A program made the position numbers and the translations under genes. A stretch of 64,000 nucleotides of DNA from positions 1 to 64,000 of the forward strand of contig CAWEHK010000026.1 of assembly GCA_963808625.1 (NCBI GenBank). The letters run 5' to 3'. The notes under the pieces were generated by a model. That model was not told the DNA's origin. It ran no database searches and saw only the letters and a list, made by a program, of their open reading frames with translations. This DNA comes from an uncultured delta proteobacterium. GTDB lineage: Bacteria; Desulfobacterota; Syntrophobacteria; Syntrophobacterales; Syntrophobacteraceae. Position 1 is the stretch's first letter; every line of letters starts with the position of its first letter. Of this stretch, positions 55,075 to 64,000 are shown one piece after another.

Positions 55075-55103
55075 TTTTTACTGAATATTGAAGGCCTTGT
55101 CAA
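55075..55103 (-). promoter_or_regulatory. Putative sigma70 promoter of the alaC leader
   Basis: TTGACA-N17-TAAAAA on the minus strand. Confidence 0.65.
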
Positions 55104-55274
55104 TGAGCACATCGCATACCCCGCACTCACTTTTTGCGCCACCTCGAGCACTTTTTCTTGCCCTTCGGGTCGTTTTTATGTCTTATTCAGAAACACACAG
55201 GAGGAATGAACCTTGGATCATAGCGTTTTGACTGGATTGCCGATGGTCTTGCTCCATAGTTGGGAAGGGAATTT

Positions 55275-55733
55275 ATGATCGATAGACCGAAAAAATTCCT
55301 ACTGCTCATCGCGCTGGCCCTCGCCGTGGCAGCGCTTGTCTCCAATGTGTTTGCGCAAGTCGCAGAGCACATCATTGCCCAGGCTGCGGAATCTGCTGAA
55401 TCAGCACAAAGACCAAAACTGAGCCACGCCACCATGTGCGAAAGGGTCGATAACCTCAGCCCGACGCGAGCCGGCATCGTCTTTTCGGTCGCTAACGGCC
55501 AGGTTTGCTGTTATTCGTCATTTGATCCCGTGCCTCAGCCTACACTCATCTACCACCGCTGGTTCCACCGTGATGAATTGAGTACGCAGACCAGGCTGAG
55601 GGTGTATCCACCCAAATGGTCCACCTATAGCGTGATCCAGCTTCGGGAAACCGACAAAGGACCCTGGCGGGTGGAGATTACCGATCAGAACGGCCGGATC
55701 TTCAGTGTCCTGCGTTTCAGCATCACTGACTAG
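55275..55733 (+). CDS. DUF2914-like exported protein
   Basis: Signal peptide; IYHRW, WSTYS, GPWRVEI beta-sandwich pattern. Confidence 0.75.
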   Translation: MIDRPKKFLLLIALALAVAALVSNVFAQVAEHIIAQAAESAESAQRPKLSHATMCERVDNLSPTRAGIVFSVANGQVCCYSSFDPVPQPTLIYHRWFHRDELSTQTRLRVYPPKWSTYSVIQLRETDKGPWRVEITDQNGRIFSVLRFSITD

Positions 55734-55761
55734 CCCTCGACTTATCTCGTGATTCTATGCC

Positions 55762-57213
55762 ATGACAAGTTTTATCAAGTTTCTTTCAACCATTCGCTGG
55801 CAAGACCTGGTGGATATCATCATCAACAGCTATATCCTTTTCCGCGTCTATGTCCTCTTTCACGGCACCAATGCCTTTCGTGTGCTGGTTGGTATAGCCT
55901 CGCTCTGGATCCTGCAGGAGGTGGCGGCGTCCATGGGTCTGATTCTGACCAGTTGGGCGGTGCGAGGCATAACTACTGCCGCCGCGGTTATCATCATCGT
56001 CGTGTTCCGAAATGAGATCCGGTCCGCCCTCCAGGTTCGAAATCTTAAGACTTTTATCTGGGGGTCCCCCATCAGGGAACAGGCAACGCCTGTCGACATC
56101 GTGGTGCAAACAGTCTTCCAGATGGGCAAGAAGCGAATTGGCGCGCTGCTCGTTTTTCCCGGGAAAGAAGATCTGGGAGAGGACGTTCACGGGGGTATTG
56201 CCTGGTACGGAACGGTCTCAGCGGAGATGCTGCTGAGCATATTTTGGCCGAACAACCCGGTTCATGACGGCGCCTGCATCATCCGCGGCGACCAGATCGT
56301 CGAAGTGGGAGTGCTCTTGCCACTGTCCCAGCGAACGGACCTGCCCTCATATTACGGGACCAGGCATCGGGCAGCGCTCGGCCTGGCGGAACGAAGCGAT
56401 GCCCTCGTGGTGGTGGTCTCGGAAGAGCGCGGACGGGTGACCGCAGCCAAAGGCAACACGCTTATCCCGTTCAGCGAGCCGGAAGAATTGTCAAAGCTCA
56501 TCAAACGGCACCTTAACCTTGACGACGGAGTTCCCACAAATGTGCAGAAACGGGAACGCTTAAGACTCTCCTTCGCCGCCATCCTGTCTTTCCTGATCAT
56601 GACCGGCATCTGGTTCGGGTTCACCAGAAGCCAGGATACCATCATTGCCCTGAACGTCCCGATTGAGTACATCAACCGTCCGCTCGCCTATGAAATCCTG
56701 GACACTTCAACCGATGAGGCCCGCCTCCAGCTCTACGGCTCGAGCGCCCTGATCAAATCGCTGCAGCCGGGGCAGGTCCTGGTGCGCGTAGACCTTGACA
56801 AGGCCGTGGAAGGAAAGAATGTGTTTCCGATCACCCAGGACAATATCGTCCTGCCTCCGGGTGTGTTTCTCAATAAGGTACAGCCGTCCAATATCGATGT
56901 CAATCTTGATGCTCCGGTCACCAAGGAACTGCCGGTTCAGGTTGACTGGGCGGGAAAGCTGCCGGAAAACCTGAACCTGGTGAAGGTCAGTGTGACCCCC
57001 GAAACCGTAAAGGTCATCGGCGGCAGCCAAATCCTCGAACACGTCGGCACCATCTACACGGCACCGGTGCGCCTGGATAGTCTGCCCAAAACGGGACCCG
57101 TCACCACCACCCTGGTCCTCACCCCGCCATCTCTGAAATTGATTTCGAATGCAACGGAAAAGGTTACCGTCAATTATGTGTTGGACGGGAAGACCAATGG
57201 TGAGAAAAAATGA
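55762..57213 (+). CDS. cdaA: Diadenylate cyclase CdaA fused to YbbR (CdaR-like) domains
   Basis: Three N-terminal TMs, PVHDGA and GTRHRAA catalytic motifs, VVSEE.G, then a TM and two YbbR-like repeats. Confidence 0.9.
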   Translation: MTSFIKFLSTIRWQDLVDIIINSYILFRVYVLFHGTNAFRVLVGIASLWILQEVAASMGLILTSWAVRGITTAAAVIIIVVFRNEIRSALQVRNLKTFIWGSPIREQATPVDIVVQTVFQMGKKRIGALLVFPGKEDLGEDVHGGIAWYGTVSAEMLLSIFWPNNPVHDGACIIRGDQIVEVGVLLPLSQRTDLPSYYGTRHRAALGLAERSDALVVVVSEERGRVTAAKGNTLIPFSEPEELSKLIKRHLNLDDGVPTNVQKRERLRLSFAAILSFLIMTGIWFGFTRSQDTIIALNVPIEYINRPLAYEILDTSTDEARLQLYGSSALIKSLQPGQVLVRVDLDKAVEGKNVFPITQDNIVLPPGVFLNKVQPSNIDVNLDAPVTKELPVQVDWAGKLPENLNLVKVSVTPETVKVIGGSQILEHVGTIYTAPVRLDSLPKTGPVTTTLVLTPPSLKLISNATEKVTVNYVLDGKTNGEKK

Positions 57214-57267
57214 TTCATTGAAAATCTTGACGCGCTCACGCAAACACAGAAACGGCAACGCAATCAG

Positions 57268-57507
57268 ATGAAGGAGAACAACCTGATGAAAAAGTTAAGC
57301 TTCGATGTCGAAGGGTTGACCGAAGAGCAGATAGAACTCGCCCGGCAGTTCATTGAGCTCATGAAGCGGGCCAAGGACCGGGAGAGAGCGTTCACGAATT
57401 TGAAAAGGCTGCTTGGAAAGGGTGCGAGGGGAGCCGAGCAAATCTCTGAGGAAGAGGCCAACAGGATCGCCGCTGAAGCCGCGGCTTATGCCAGGAAGAA
57501 CCTGTGA
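57268..57507 (+). CDS. Putative antitoxin
   Basis: Small helical protein ending ISEEEANRIAAEAAAYAR; GTGA overlap with the PIN gene; start may be 57286. Confidence 0.7.
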   Translation: MKENNLMKKLSFDVEGLTEEQIELARQFIELMKRAKDRERAFTNLKRLLGKGARGAEQISEEEANRIAAEAAAYARKNL

Positions 57508-57956
57508 AGAAAGTCATTCTGAACACGAACATCATTATCAGTGCGCTGATAAGCCCGAAAGGCACACCCGGCAAGATTCTCGCTTTGGCCCTTCAAAAGA
57601 GATTTCGCCTGGTAAGTTCAGACCATCTTCTGGCCGAGTTAGGCAGGGCCTTGAAGTACGAACGAGTGACTGAAGCCCTTGCGCGCGCCCGAAAAGGATG
57701 GACGGAAAAGGACACTGCCGAATTCATTCGCGACCTTAGAAAAGTATCCAGCCTTGTTCCCAGCAAACCTTTATCCGAAACGGTTTGCAAAGATCCGGAC
57801 GACGACTGGCTCCTCTCCTGCGCGGTCCAATCAGGTGCATCGATCATCGTAAGTGGAGACAGAAACCTGACCGACCTGGTTAAATACAGACGCACTCGCA
57901 TTATGGAAGCCAGGGCATTTTTAGACGAGTTGACTTCAAAAGATAGCCAAGTCTGA
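57504..57956 (+). CDS. PIN-domain toxin (PIN_3-like)
   Basis: VILNTNIIISAL, LAEL, CKDPDDDWLLSCA, IVSGDRNL. Confidence 0.85.
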   Translation: MKKVILNTNIIISALISPKGTPGKILALALQKRFRLVSSDHLLAELGRALKYERVTEALARARKGWTEKDTAEFIRDLRKVSSLVPSKPLSETVCKDPDDDWLLSCAVQSGASIIVSGDRNLTDLVKYRRTRIMEARAFLDELTSKDSQV

Positions 57957-58014
57957 ACACCTTGCTTTTCCCCCCTCCGAATTTAGATGACCTCCCTTTT
58001 TCCTCGCACCATGA

Positions 58015-59364
58015 TTAGCATGCTCCCAGCGATGAGCCGTTCTTCAGCGAGTAAATGATGCGGTTTGCTCGCTCTTCGAGCTCCGGGATCATCTCGACCA
58101 GTGCTTTGAGGGAGGTAAGTATCTTCTTGGTCTGCTGTTGATGGGGAATGTCCAATGCGGGATGGTCCAGAAAGTACATGATTTCTTCCAGAACCTGTAT
58201 GTTGTCGGCTTTAAAATCGGTATAAGCAAGTTTGGGCCAGACGGTCCGGAGGTCCGGAGGCAAGTGCTCGACCTGGAGAGCAAGGTCTTTATCCGTTCCC
58301 ATCCAGATGACCTTCTGCAGTCCTTCCAGAAGCTCCTGGATCTCCTCCCGGTGCTCGTCCCAGACGCCGACTTCTGATAAAAGCCAGCCCCATTTGGGGC
58401 GAATCCGGGTATTAACCCAGTTTTGCCCCACGTGCGGCATGAGCGGTATGCGCGCCAGGTGCTGTTGGTCGTTCAATAATTCTTTGGCGAGCTCGCCTGC
58501 TTTCCCGTTGCCGTTCAGTTCGGGGAGGTGAGACTGGATGAGGTGGCTGAGCCGAGCAAGCACCGCCTTCTTGCTCACCATCTCGGGAAAGGCTTTCTCG
58601 AGCTGGGCTTCCCACTGTTCCCGCAGGAACCCTATTTCAGCGTTGATGGCAGAGAAGATGAAGCCCAACTTCACCAGCGTGTTGCGCATCTCGTGAGCCA
58701 GCACATTGCAGCTCTGAAGGCGCTGCCGCGTTAACGCCTCCTGGGCTTCCGACAGGGTTTCGCGAATATGCAGGGACAGCAGCTCGGTGCCCAGGGTCTG
58801 GGAGAGTTTTTTGATAATCTGGGTGGAACGGTCCCCCCGTTTGACCGCTCCCAATTTGAAGTGAATCTTGATCACCGCCACAACCGCAAACTCAGAGTCT
58901 CGCCAGATTGCTTTCCCTTCATGATCCAGGGGATAGTCCGGAAACTCGGCCTGGTCCCAGTACAGGTCAGCCTTTCTCACGAGGACCGGTTCCATGTGGT
59001 GTGAGTCTTCGATCCCGCCGTTCAGTTGTTTGCGCACACTCCGAAGGTCCTCATAAGGGTTGTCTGCAGTCCAGCTTTTCTGCCTTTCCACACACCACCC
59101 CATGGCTTCCTTGATGTGCCCCGGGAGGTCACGGTACTGCTCCCAGGTCTTCCCCGGGAAATTATAGTCCGAAATCCCCGGCAGCCCCCATCGGATGATC
59201 TCAGAACCATGGCTGCGAGCTCCGGAAGTAACGCGCACCGCCTGCAATTGCGGCATGGGACCAATACGGTAAATCGTCCCTTTGTTGGCATCATTCAGAC
59301 AGAACAAGATATTTTCGATCATATCTTTGCAGGTTTTTTCAAGGACGTCATTGCTAATGATCAC
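58015..59364 (-). CDS. Hypothetical protein with HisKA-like H-box
   Basis: 449 aa intact ORF, GGAG RBS, LAHEMRNTL after a coiled coil. Confidence 0.78.
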   Translation of the reverse strand: MIISNDVLEKTCKDMIENILFCLNDANKGTIYRIGPMPQLQAVRVTSGARSHGSEIIRWGLPGISDYNFPGKTWEQYRDLPGHIKEAMGWCVERQKSWTADNPYEDLRSVRKQLNGGIEDSHHMEPVLVRKADLYWDQAEFPDYPLDHEGKAIWRDSEFAVVAVIKIHFKLGAVKRGDRSTQIIKKLSQTLGTELLSLHIRETLSEAQEALTRQRLQSCNVLAHEMRNTLVKLGFIFSAINAEIGFLREQWEAQLEKAFPEMVSKKAVLARLSHLIQSHLPELNGNGKAGELAKELLNDQQHLARIPLMPHVGQNWVNTRIRPKWGWLLSEVGVWDEHREEIQELLEGLQKVIWMGTDKDLALQVEHLPPDLRTVWPKLAYTDFKADNIQVLEEIMYFLDHPALDIPHQQQTKKILTSLKALVEMIPELEERANRIIYSLKNGSSLGAC

Positions 59365-59416
59365 CGCGCCTGCTCCAGATAGAGATTATTCTTCACCTTC
59401 AGCTCATATAAATAAA

Positions 59417-59445
59417 ATTCTACAATGAATCGGCACGTTGGTCAA
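59417..59445 (-). promoter_or_regulatory. Putative sigma70 promoter
   Basis: TTGACC-N17-TAGAAT upstream of the 449 aa ORF. Confidence 0.6.
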
Positions 59446-59500
59446 TCTTGATTTTCTTCTGGCAGGCGCAGTCAGGGTTTGCGGTAGTATGCGAGGTTAA

Positions 59501-59631
59501 GGAATTATCTCAAAATGGTCAAGACGCCGTTGATAGTCATTCCGGCGAAAGCCGGAATCCAGGTTTTCCTGGGGATTCTGGACCCCGGCTTCCGCCGGGG
59601 TGACAAGGTAAGCCAATTTTGAGATAGTTTC
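59501..59631. mobile_element. MITE-like element C, copy 3 (inverted)
   Basis: ggaattatctcaaaa...ttttgagatagtttc with TAA on both flanks; abuts the malQ stop codon. Confidence 0.78.
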
Positions 59632-61130
59632 TAAGTCCGCCCATATAGGGAGCTCATTTCCCTCAGCCTCTCCGCCACTTCGGAGGTCAGTTGCTCGGGG
59701 AGGAGTCGCCAAACCCAGTTGCCATGAGCCACACCCGGCACATTCAGGCGCGCCTCTTCGCCAAGGCCCAGGATGTCCTGCATGGGAATGATCGCCGTCG
59801 CGCAAACCGACATCATGGCAAGCCTTATCAGCTCCCAGGAAACCTCGGCGCCCGTGACGTTCCTGCCCAGATAATGCCATAGCCGCGCTTTCGCCCCTTG
59901 GTCGAGTTCCTTTTCGAACCATCCCCTGGTGGTGTTGTTGTCATGGGTCCCCGTGTAAACCAGCGCGTTCCTGGTATGGTTATGGGGGGCGTACGGATTG
60001 GTTGGAAGGTCCTCGCTGAAGGCGAACTGCAACACCCTCATCCCCGGAAAACCAAAGCAGGTCATGAGCTCTGTGACATCCGGCGTGATCACCCCAAGGT
60101 CTTCGGCAATTATGGGGAGAGAGGAAAACCGTTTGAGAAGCGTAGCGAAAAAGTCATGCGCCGGCGCGGGTTCCCACTTCCCATTGATCGCTGTCGTCTC
60201 GGCCCCCGGGATCGCCCAGTAGCCCACAAAGCCTCTGAAGTGGTCAACCCTGACGGTATCGAAAAGCCGCAAATTGTGCTCGAAACGCTGGACCCACCAA
60301 CGGTAGCCTGATTCCTTCAGCACGTCCCAGCGATACACCGGATTTCCCCAGAGTTGGCCGGTAATACTGAAGTAATCAGGGGGCACCCCGGCAACAAACA
60401 TGGGCCTTTGCTCGTCATCGAGCTGGAACAGCATCGGATTGGCCCAAACCTCGACGCTGTCATCGCTTACATAGATAGGGAGATCACCGATAATCTGGAC
60501 ATTCCGCTGATTGCCGTAGCTCTTGAGGGCAGACCATTGCTCGAAAAATAGATATTGAAAGAATTCTTCCGCCAGGATTCTGTCGGCCAACCGCTCCCGC
60601 CATTCCCGCAGGGACTCGCCCGTTCTTTGCCTTATCTCCGGCGGCCAGGCATGCCACTCGATTCCCTCAAAGTGTTCCTTGAGCGCCACGAACAGCGCAT
60701 AATCATCCAGCCAGTAGGCGTTTTCACGGCAGAATCCAGTAAATCCACAAACCTCCCGGTTGCCCTGAGCAAACCTCGCAAATGCTTTTCGAAGCAGCTT
60801 GTGTTTGTGCGTGGAAGCAGTCTCGTACTCCACTTTGCCATCGTTGAACAAAGGGGAATTCTCAAAATCGTCCGGCACGAGATAGCCTTCCTCCACCAGC
60901 CGGTCGGGACTGAGCAGCAGCGGGTTGCCGGCAAATGCCGAGAAAGAGCTGTACGGGGAGTTCCCGGAGCCTGGAGAGGTCGGGTTTAGGGGCAAAATCT
61001 GCCAGAGGCTTTGGCCGGCCTCGGCGAGGAAATCAACAAACCGGTAGGCGCCAGGCCCCAGATCACCGATTCCATAAGGAGAAGGAAGCGAGGTGAGGTG
61101 AAGCAATATGCCGCTGCGTCTCGCTTTCAT
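59631..61130 (-). CDS. malQ: 4-alpha-glucanotransferase (GH77)
   Basis: GILLHLTSLP, WQILPL, GDLPIYV, GVPPDYFS, RVDHFRG, AEDLG, YTGTHDN. Confidence 0.97.
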   Translation of the reverse strand: MKARRSGILLHLTSLPSPYGIGDLGPGAYRFVDFLAEAGQSLWQILPLNPTSPGSGNSPYSSFSAFAGNPLLLSPDRLVEEGYLVPDDFENSPLFNDGKVEYETASTHKHKLLRKAFARFAQGNREVCGFTGFCRENAYWLDDYALFVALKEHFEGIEWHAWPPEIRQRTGESLREWRERLADRILAEEFFQYLFFEQWSALKSYGNQRNVQIIGDLPIYVSDDSVEVWANPMLFQLDDEQRPMFVAGVPPDYFSITGQLWGNPVYRWDVLKESGYRWWVQRFEHNLRLFDTVRVDHFRGFVGYWAIPGAETTAINGKWEPAPAHDFFATLLKRFSSLPIIAEDLGVITPDVTELMTCFGFPGMRVLQFAFSEDLPTNPYAPHNHTRNALVYTGTHDNNTTRGWFEKELDQGAKARLWHYLGRNVTGAEVSWELIRLAMMSVCATAIIPMQDILGLGEEARLNVPGVAHGNWVWRLLPEQLTSEVAERLREMSSLYGRT

Positions 61131-61319
61131 CCGCTAAACCTGGAGGTACATGAGCTCAGTGTCCTTTGGCTGGACTTCAAACTACAACCTGCCACACCCT
61201 GCCTCGAAGAACACGAAGGACACGAAAGAATGCATTCACGATAATCTCTGTGCTCCTCTTCGTGATCTTCGTGCCCTTCGTCGCTCAAAAAACGCCTGGA
61301 GTCGTGGCGACGACCGCCG

Positions 61320-63407
61320 TTATTCCGAAAACATTGAGGTTTTAGCCGGAGGCAGAGCGGTCCTTGAACCTGCCTCTTTTTCCGGTTTGTCTTTGGCCGC
61401 TATTTTATCCAAAGTCTCCGAGGGATCAATGCCTGCAGAGGGAGACTCCTGAAGATCACCCGCAACCGGTTTGACCTCTTGAGGCGCCTCGCTCTTCAGG
61501 AAGACCACGCCGAGCGGGGGCAACACCAACGGCAAGGAATAAGATCTCCCGTGGGAACGGATGGCGTCCGCCTCCATCCCGCCGAAGTTCCCATGGCCGC
61601 TGCCACCATAGAGCTTGGCATCGCTATTCAGGATTTCGCTCCAGAAACCGCATCTCGGCACTCCCAGCCGGTAACCGATTCTTGGCACAGGAGTGAAATT
61701 GGCTGCCACCATAATCACATCGCCGGTCTTTTTACCCTTCCGCAAAAAGCTGATGACACTCGCTTCGGCATCGCAAGCATCGATCCATTCGAAGCCTTCC
61801 TGGGTGAAATCCGCCTCGTACAGTGCCGGCTCCCTTCGATATGCCGCATTCAAACTCTGTACCCACCTCTGCATGCCCTGGTGCGTTGGAGCTTCGAGCA
61901 GGCTCCAATCCAGACTCTTTTCGTGATACCACTCGTCCCACTGCCCGAATTCGCCCCCCATAAACAGCAGCTTCTTGCCCGGATGGCCATACATGTACCC
62001 GAACAGGAGCCGAAGATTGGCGAATTTTTGCCAGTCATCACCCGGCATCTGCCGAATCAGGGAACCCTTCCCATAGACGACCTCGTCGTGTGACAAAGGG
62101 AGCACGAAATTTTCAAAGAATGCGTACCAGATGCTGAAGGTGAGCTGATTCTGATGATATTTTCGATGGATCGGTTCTTTCGCAAAATAATCCAGGGTGT
62201 CATGCATCCATCCCATATTCCACTTCATCCCGAACCCCAGGCCCCCGACGTAAGCCGGCCTCGAAACCATCGGCCACGAGGTCGACTCCTCGGCAATCGT
62301 CTGGACGTCAGGATGACGTTCATACACAATCTCATTGAAGCGCCTCAGGAAAGAGATTGCGTCCAAATTTTCCTTGCCGCCGTGCTCATTGGGGATCCAC
62401 TCCCCCTCTTTACGGGCATAATCCAAATAGAGCATGGAAGCCACGGCATCAACTCTAATGCCGTCCGCATGGTACTTAGTGAGCCAGAACAGCGCACTGC
62501 TGATCAGGAAAGACCTGACCTCGTATCTTCCGTGATTGAAAATGGCGCTCTTCCATTCAGGATGAAAACCCTTTTGGGGGTCCGCATGTTCGTACAGATT
62601 GGTGCCATCGAAGTAAATCAGCCCGTGTTCGTCAGTGGGAAAGTGGGAAGGCACCCAATCCAGGATTACCCCGATGTCGTTGCGATGCAGCTCGTCAATC
62701 AGAAACATGAAGTCCTGAGGCGTGCCATATCTGGCGGTGGGTGCAAAATATCCCACGGTCTGATAACCCCACGAGCCGAAAAAGGGATGCTCCATAATGG
62801 GCAGGAATTCCACATGAGTAAAACCCATTTCGCGAAGATACTTGGGGAGATGGTCCGCCATCTCGCGGTAGGTGAGCGGGCGATTGTCTTCTTCGGGGAC
62901 CCTTCGCCATGACCCTACATGCATTTCATAAATCGTAATCGGTGCTCCGAGAGCGTTGACGCTTAGCCTATTTTGCATCCACTCCGCATCGTTCCAGTCA
63001 TGCTCAAGGTCGCAGATAACGGAAGCCGTAGCGGGAGGCGTCTGCGACAAGAAGGCAAAGGGATCGCCTTTATCAACACGGTATCCATTATGTTTGGAAA
63101 CGATATGATATTTGTAGACGGTGCCGGCACCGAGCTCTGCCACAAAGCCTTCCCAGATCCCCGAACCGTCATCCCTCCCTTTTAACGGATGAGAGGCCTT
63201 GTTCCAGCCGTTGAAGTCGCCGATGACCGAGACCTTTTCCGCATTCGGCGCCCATAAGGCGAAGTGGGTCCCTTTGACTCCGTTCAACTCGATCATATGA
63301 GAGCCCATTTTCTCGAAGAGCGTAAAATGGCTGCCTTGCCTGAAGAGGTAGATATCGTGATCGGTCAGGAGACTCCCCTTGTAAACGACCTTATTGCTTT
63401 GCTTCAT
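61320..63407 (-). CDS. glgB: 1,4-alpha-glucan branching enzyme
   Basis: WAPNA, YEMHVGSW, GSWGYQ, DWVPSHF, RVDAVASMLYLDY, AEES, LSHDEVV. Confidence 0.97.
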   Translation of the reverse strand: MKQSNKVVYKGSLLTDHDIYLFRQGSHFTLFEKMGSHMIELNGVKGTHFALWAPNAEKVSVIGDFNGWNKASHPLKGRDDGSGIWEGFVAELGAGTVYKYHIVSKHNGYRVDKGDPFAFLSQTPPATASVICDLEHDWNDAEWMQNRLSVNALGAPITIYEMHVGSWRRVPEEDNRPLTYREMADHLPKYLREMGFTHVEFLPIMEHPFFGSWGYQTVGYFAPTARYGTPQDFMFLIDELHRNDIGVILDWVPSHFPTDEHGLIYFDGTNLYEHADPQKGFHPEWKSAIFNHGRYEVRSFLISSALFWLTKYHADGIRVDAVASMLYLDYARKEGEWIPNEHGGKENLDAISFLRRFNEIVYERHPDVQTIAEESTSWPMVSRPAYVGGLGFGMKWNMGWMHDTLDYFAKEPIHRKYHQNQLTFSIWYAFFENFVLPLSHDEVVYGKGSLIRQMPGDDWQKFANLRLLFGYMYGHPGKKLLFMGGEFGQWDEWYHEKSLDWSLLEAPTHQGMQRWVQSLNAAYRREPALYEADFTQEGFEWIDACDAEASVISFLRKGKKTGDVIMVAANFTPVPRIGYRLGVPRCGFWSEILNSDAKLYGGSGHGNFGGMEADAIRSHGRSYSLPLVLPPLGVVFLKSEAPQEVKPVAGDLQESPSAGIDPSETLDKIAAKDKPEKEAGSRTALPPAKTSMFSE

Positions 63408-63531
63408 GTTCCACTCCCCTACCCCTGTCATTCGCCTGGTGGCTAGTGACCAGTGGCTAGTTCATTGCGGCAGAAGTCATCATCCATATTATGCAACAAA
63501 TCAAGAAGCTACCTTGTTTCACTTGAAGAAG

Positions 63532-63679
63532 TGAATACCGAATATCGAACAAGGAATTTCGAATGATGAAGTCTTTTTGGTTTTGCTGTCCAATCTTAAT
63601 GTCCGCCACAAATCTTCAAAGCTGGATTTTCTGCAATCCTTCGACATTCTGCGGTTCCTTGTTCGATATTCGATATTCA
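63532..63679. repeat. Inverted-repeat element built from GAATATC heptamers
   Basis: 63532-63556 versus 63655-63679 are inverted with 24/25 matches. Confidence 0.8.
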
Positions 63680-63748
63680 GCTAAAAGAGCGCCTATACAT
63701 ATCGAGGGGGAAGAACCGGGTGTAGACTTGCGCCCCCTGTACTAGTGG

Positions 63749-64000
63749 CTAGGGTTCTGTTTCATCTTCCGCTCCCCTAACCCTGTCATTCGCCTCCAGA
63801 TAGCTTCGCCAATTCTCTACGGTTTTGGGGCCAACACCTGGAATTTCCTCCAGCTCATCGAGATTTTGCCATGCCTGCTTCCGGCGGCGGTCGACAATAG
63901 CCGCCGCAAACCCGGCCTTCATCTGGGGAACAAACATCAATTCCTCTTCTGAAGCGAGATTCACCTCCAGTTTTTCCCCCAGGGTCAGGCGCGCTGCCGC
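63749..64000 (-). CDS. ComEA-like helix-hairpin-helix protein (3' part, runs off the window)
   Basis: VNLASEEELMFVP...AAAIVDRR...LEEIPGVGPKT. Confidence 0.8.
   Translation of the reverse strand, partial: AAARLTLGEKLEVNLASEEELMFVPQMKAGFAAAIVDRRRKQAWQNLDELEEIPGVGPKTVENWRSYLEANDRVRGAEDETEP

Noticed and set aside
54915..55151. 78 aa ORF from the track upstream of alaC
   Set aside because: It spans the predicted promoter and has no recognisable features; the Ala-rich uORF in another frame has an RBS and fits the attenuator

Overview
GC-rich bacterial chromosome segment; the gene content (split glutamate synthase, selA, CdaA-YbbR, dcw layout) suggests Desulfobacterota, probably Syntrophobacteraceae-like (inference). 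Many essential genes carry single-base frameshifts, often at homopolymers, so this looks like an imperfectly polished long-read assembly and frameshifts are not treated as real pseudogenisation. Contents: a fold-back palindrome at the start; split glutamate synthase genes; gatC-gatA; a TA hotspot; an mfd-surA-rodZ-recO-ccdA-tlpA-glgC run; selA; an ~11.5 kb accessory island (Eco29kI-like R-M, transposase scar, tricorn-like and CAAX proteases, VapBC, IHF pseudogene); dnaJ-like and radical SAM genes; a dcw cluster lacking mraY, murG and ddl; tetR-acpP; alaC; a fused diadenylate cyclase; a PIN TA pair; malQ-glgB. The best candidate for an undescribed system is a complete alanine-sensing leader-peptide attenuator upstream of alaC, with promoter, 27-aa leader containing four tandem Ala codons, alternative 1:2, 2:3 and 3:4 helices and a U-tailed terminator. 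Intergenic spaces are full of REP-like hairpin doublets enclosed in IS-like terminal inverted repeats, plus 7-mer tandem arrays.
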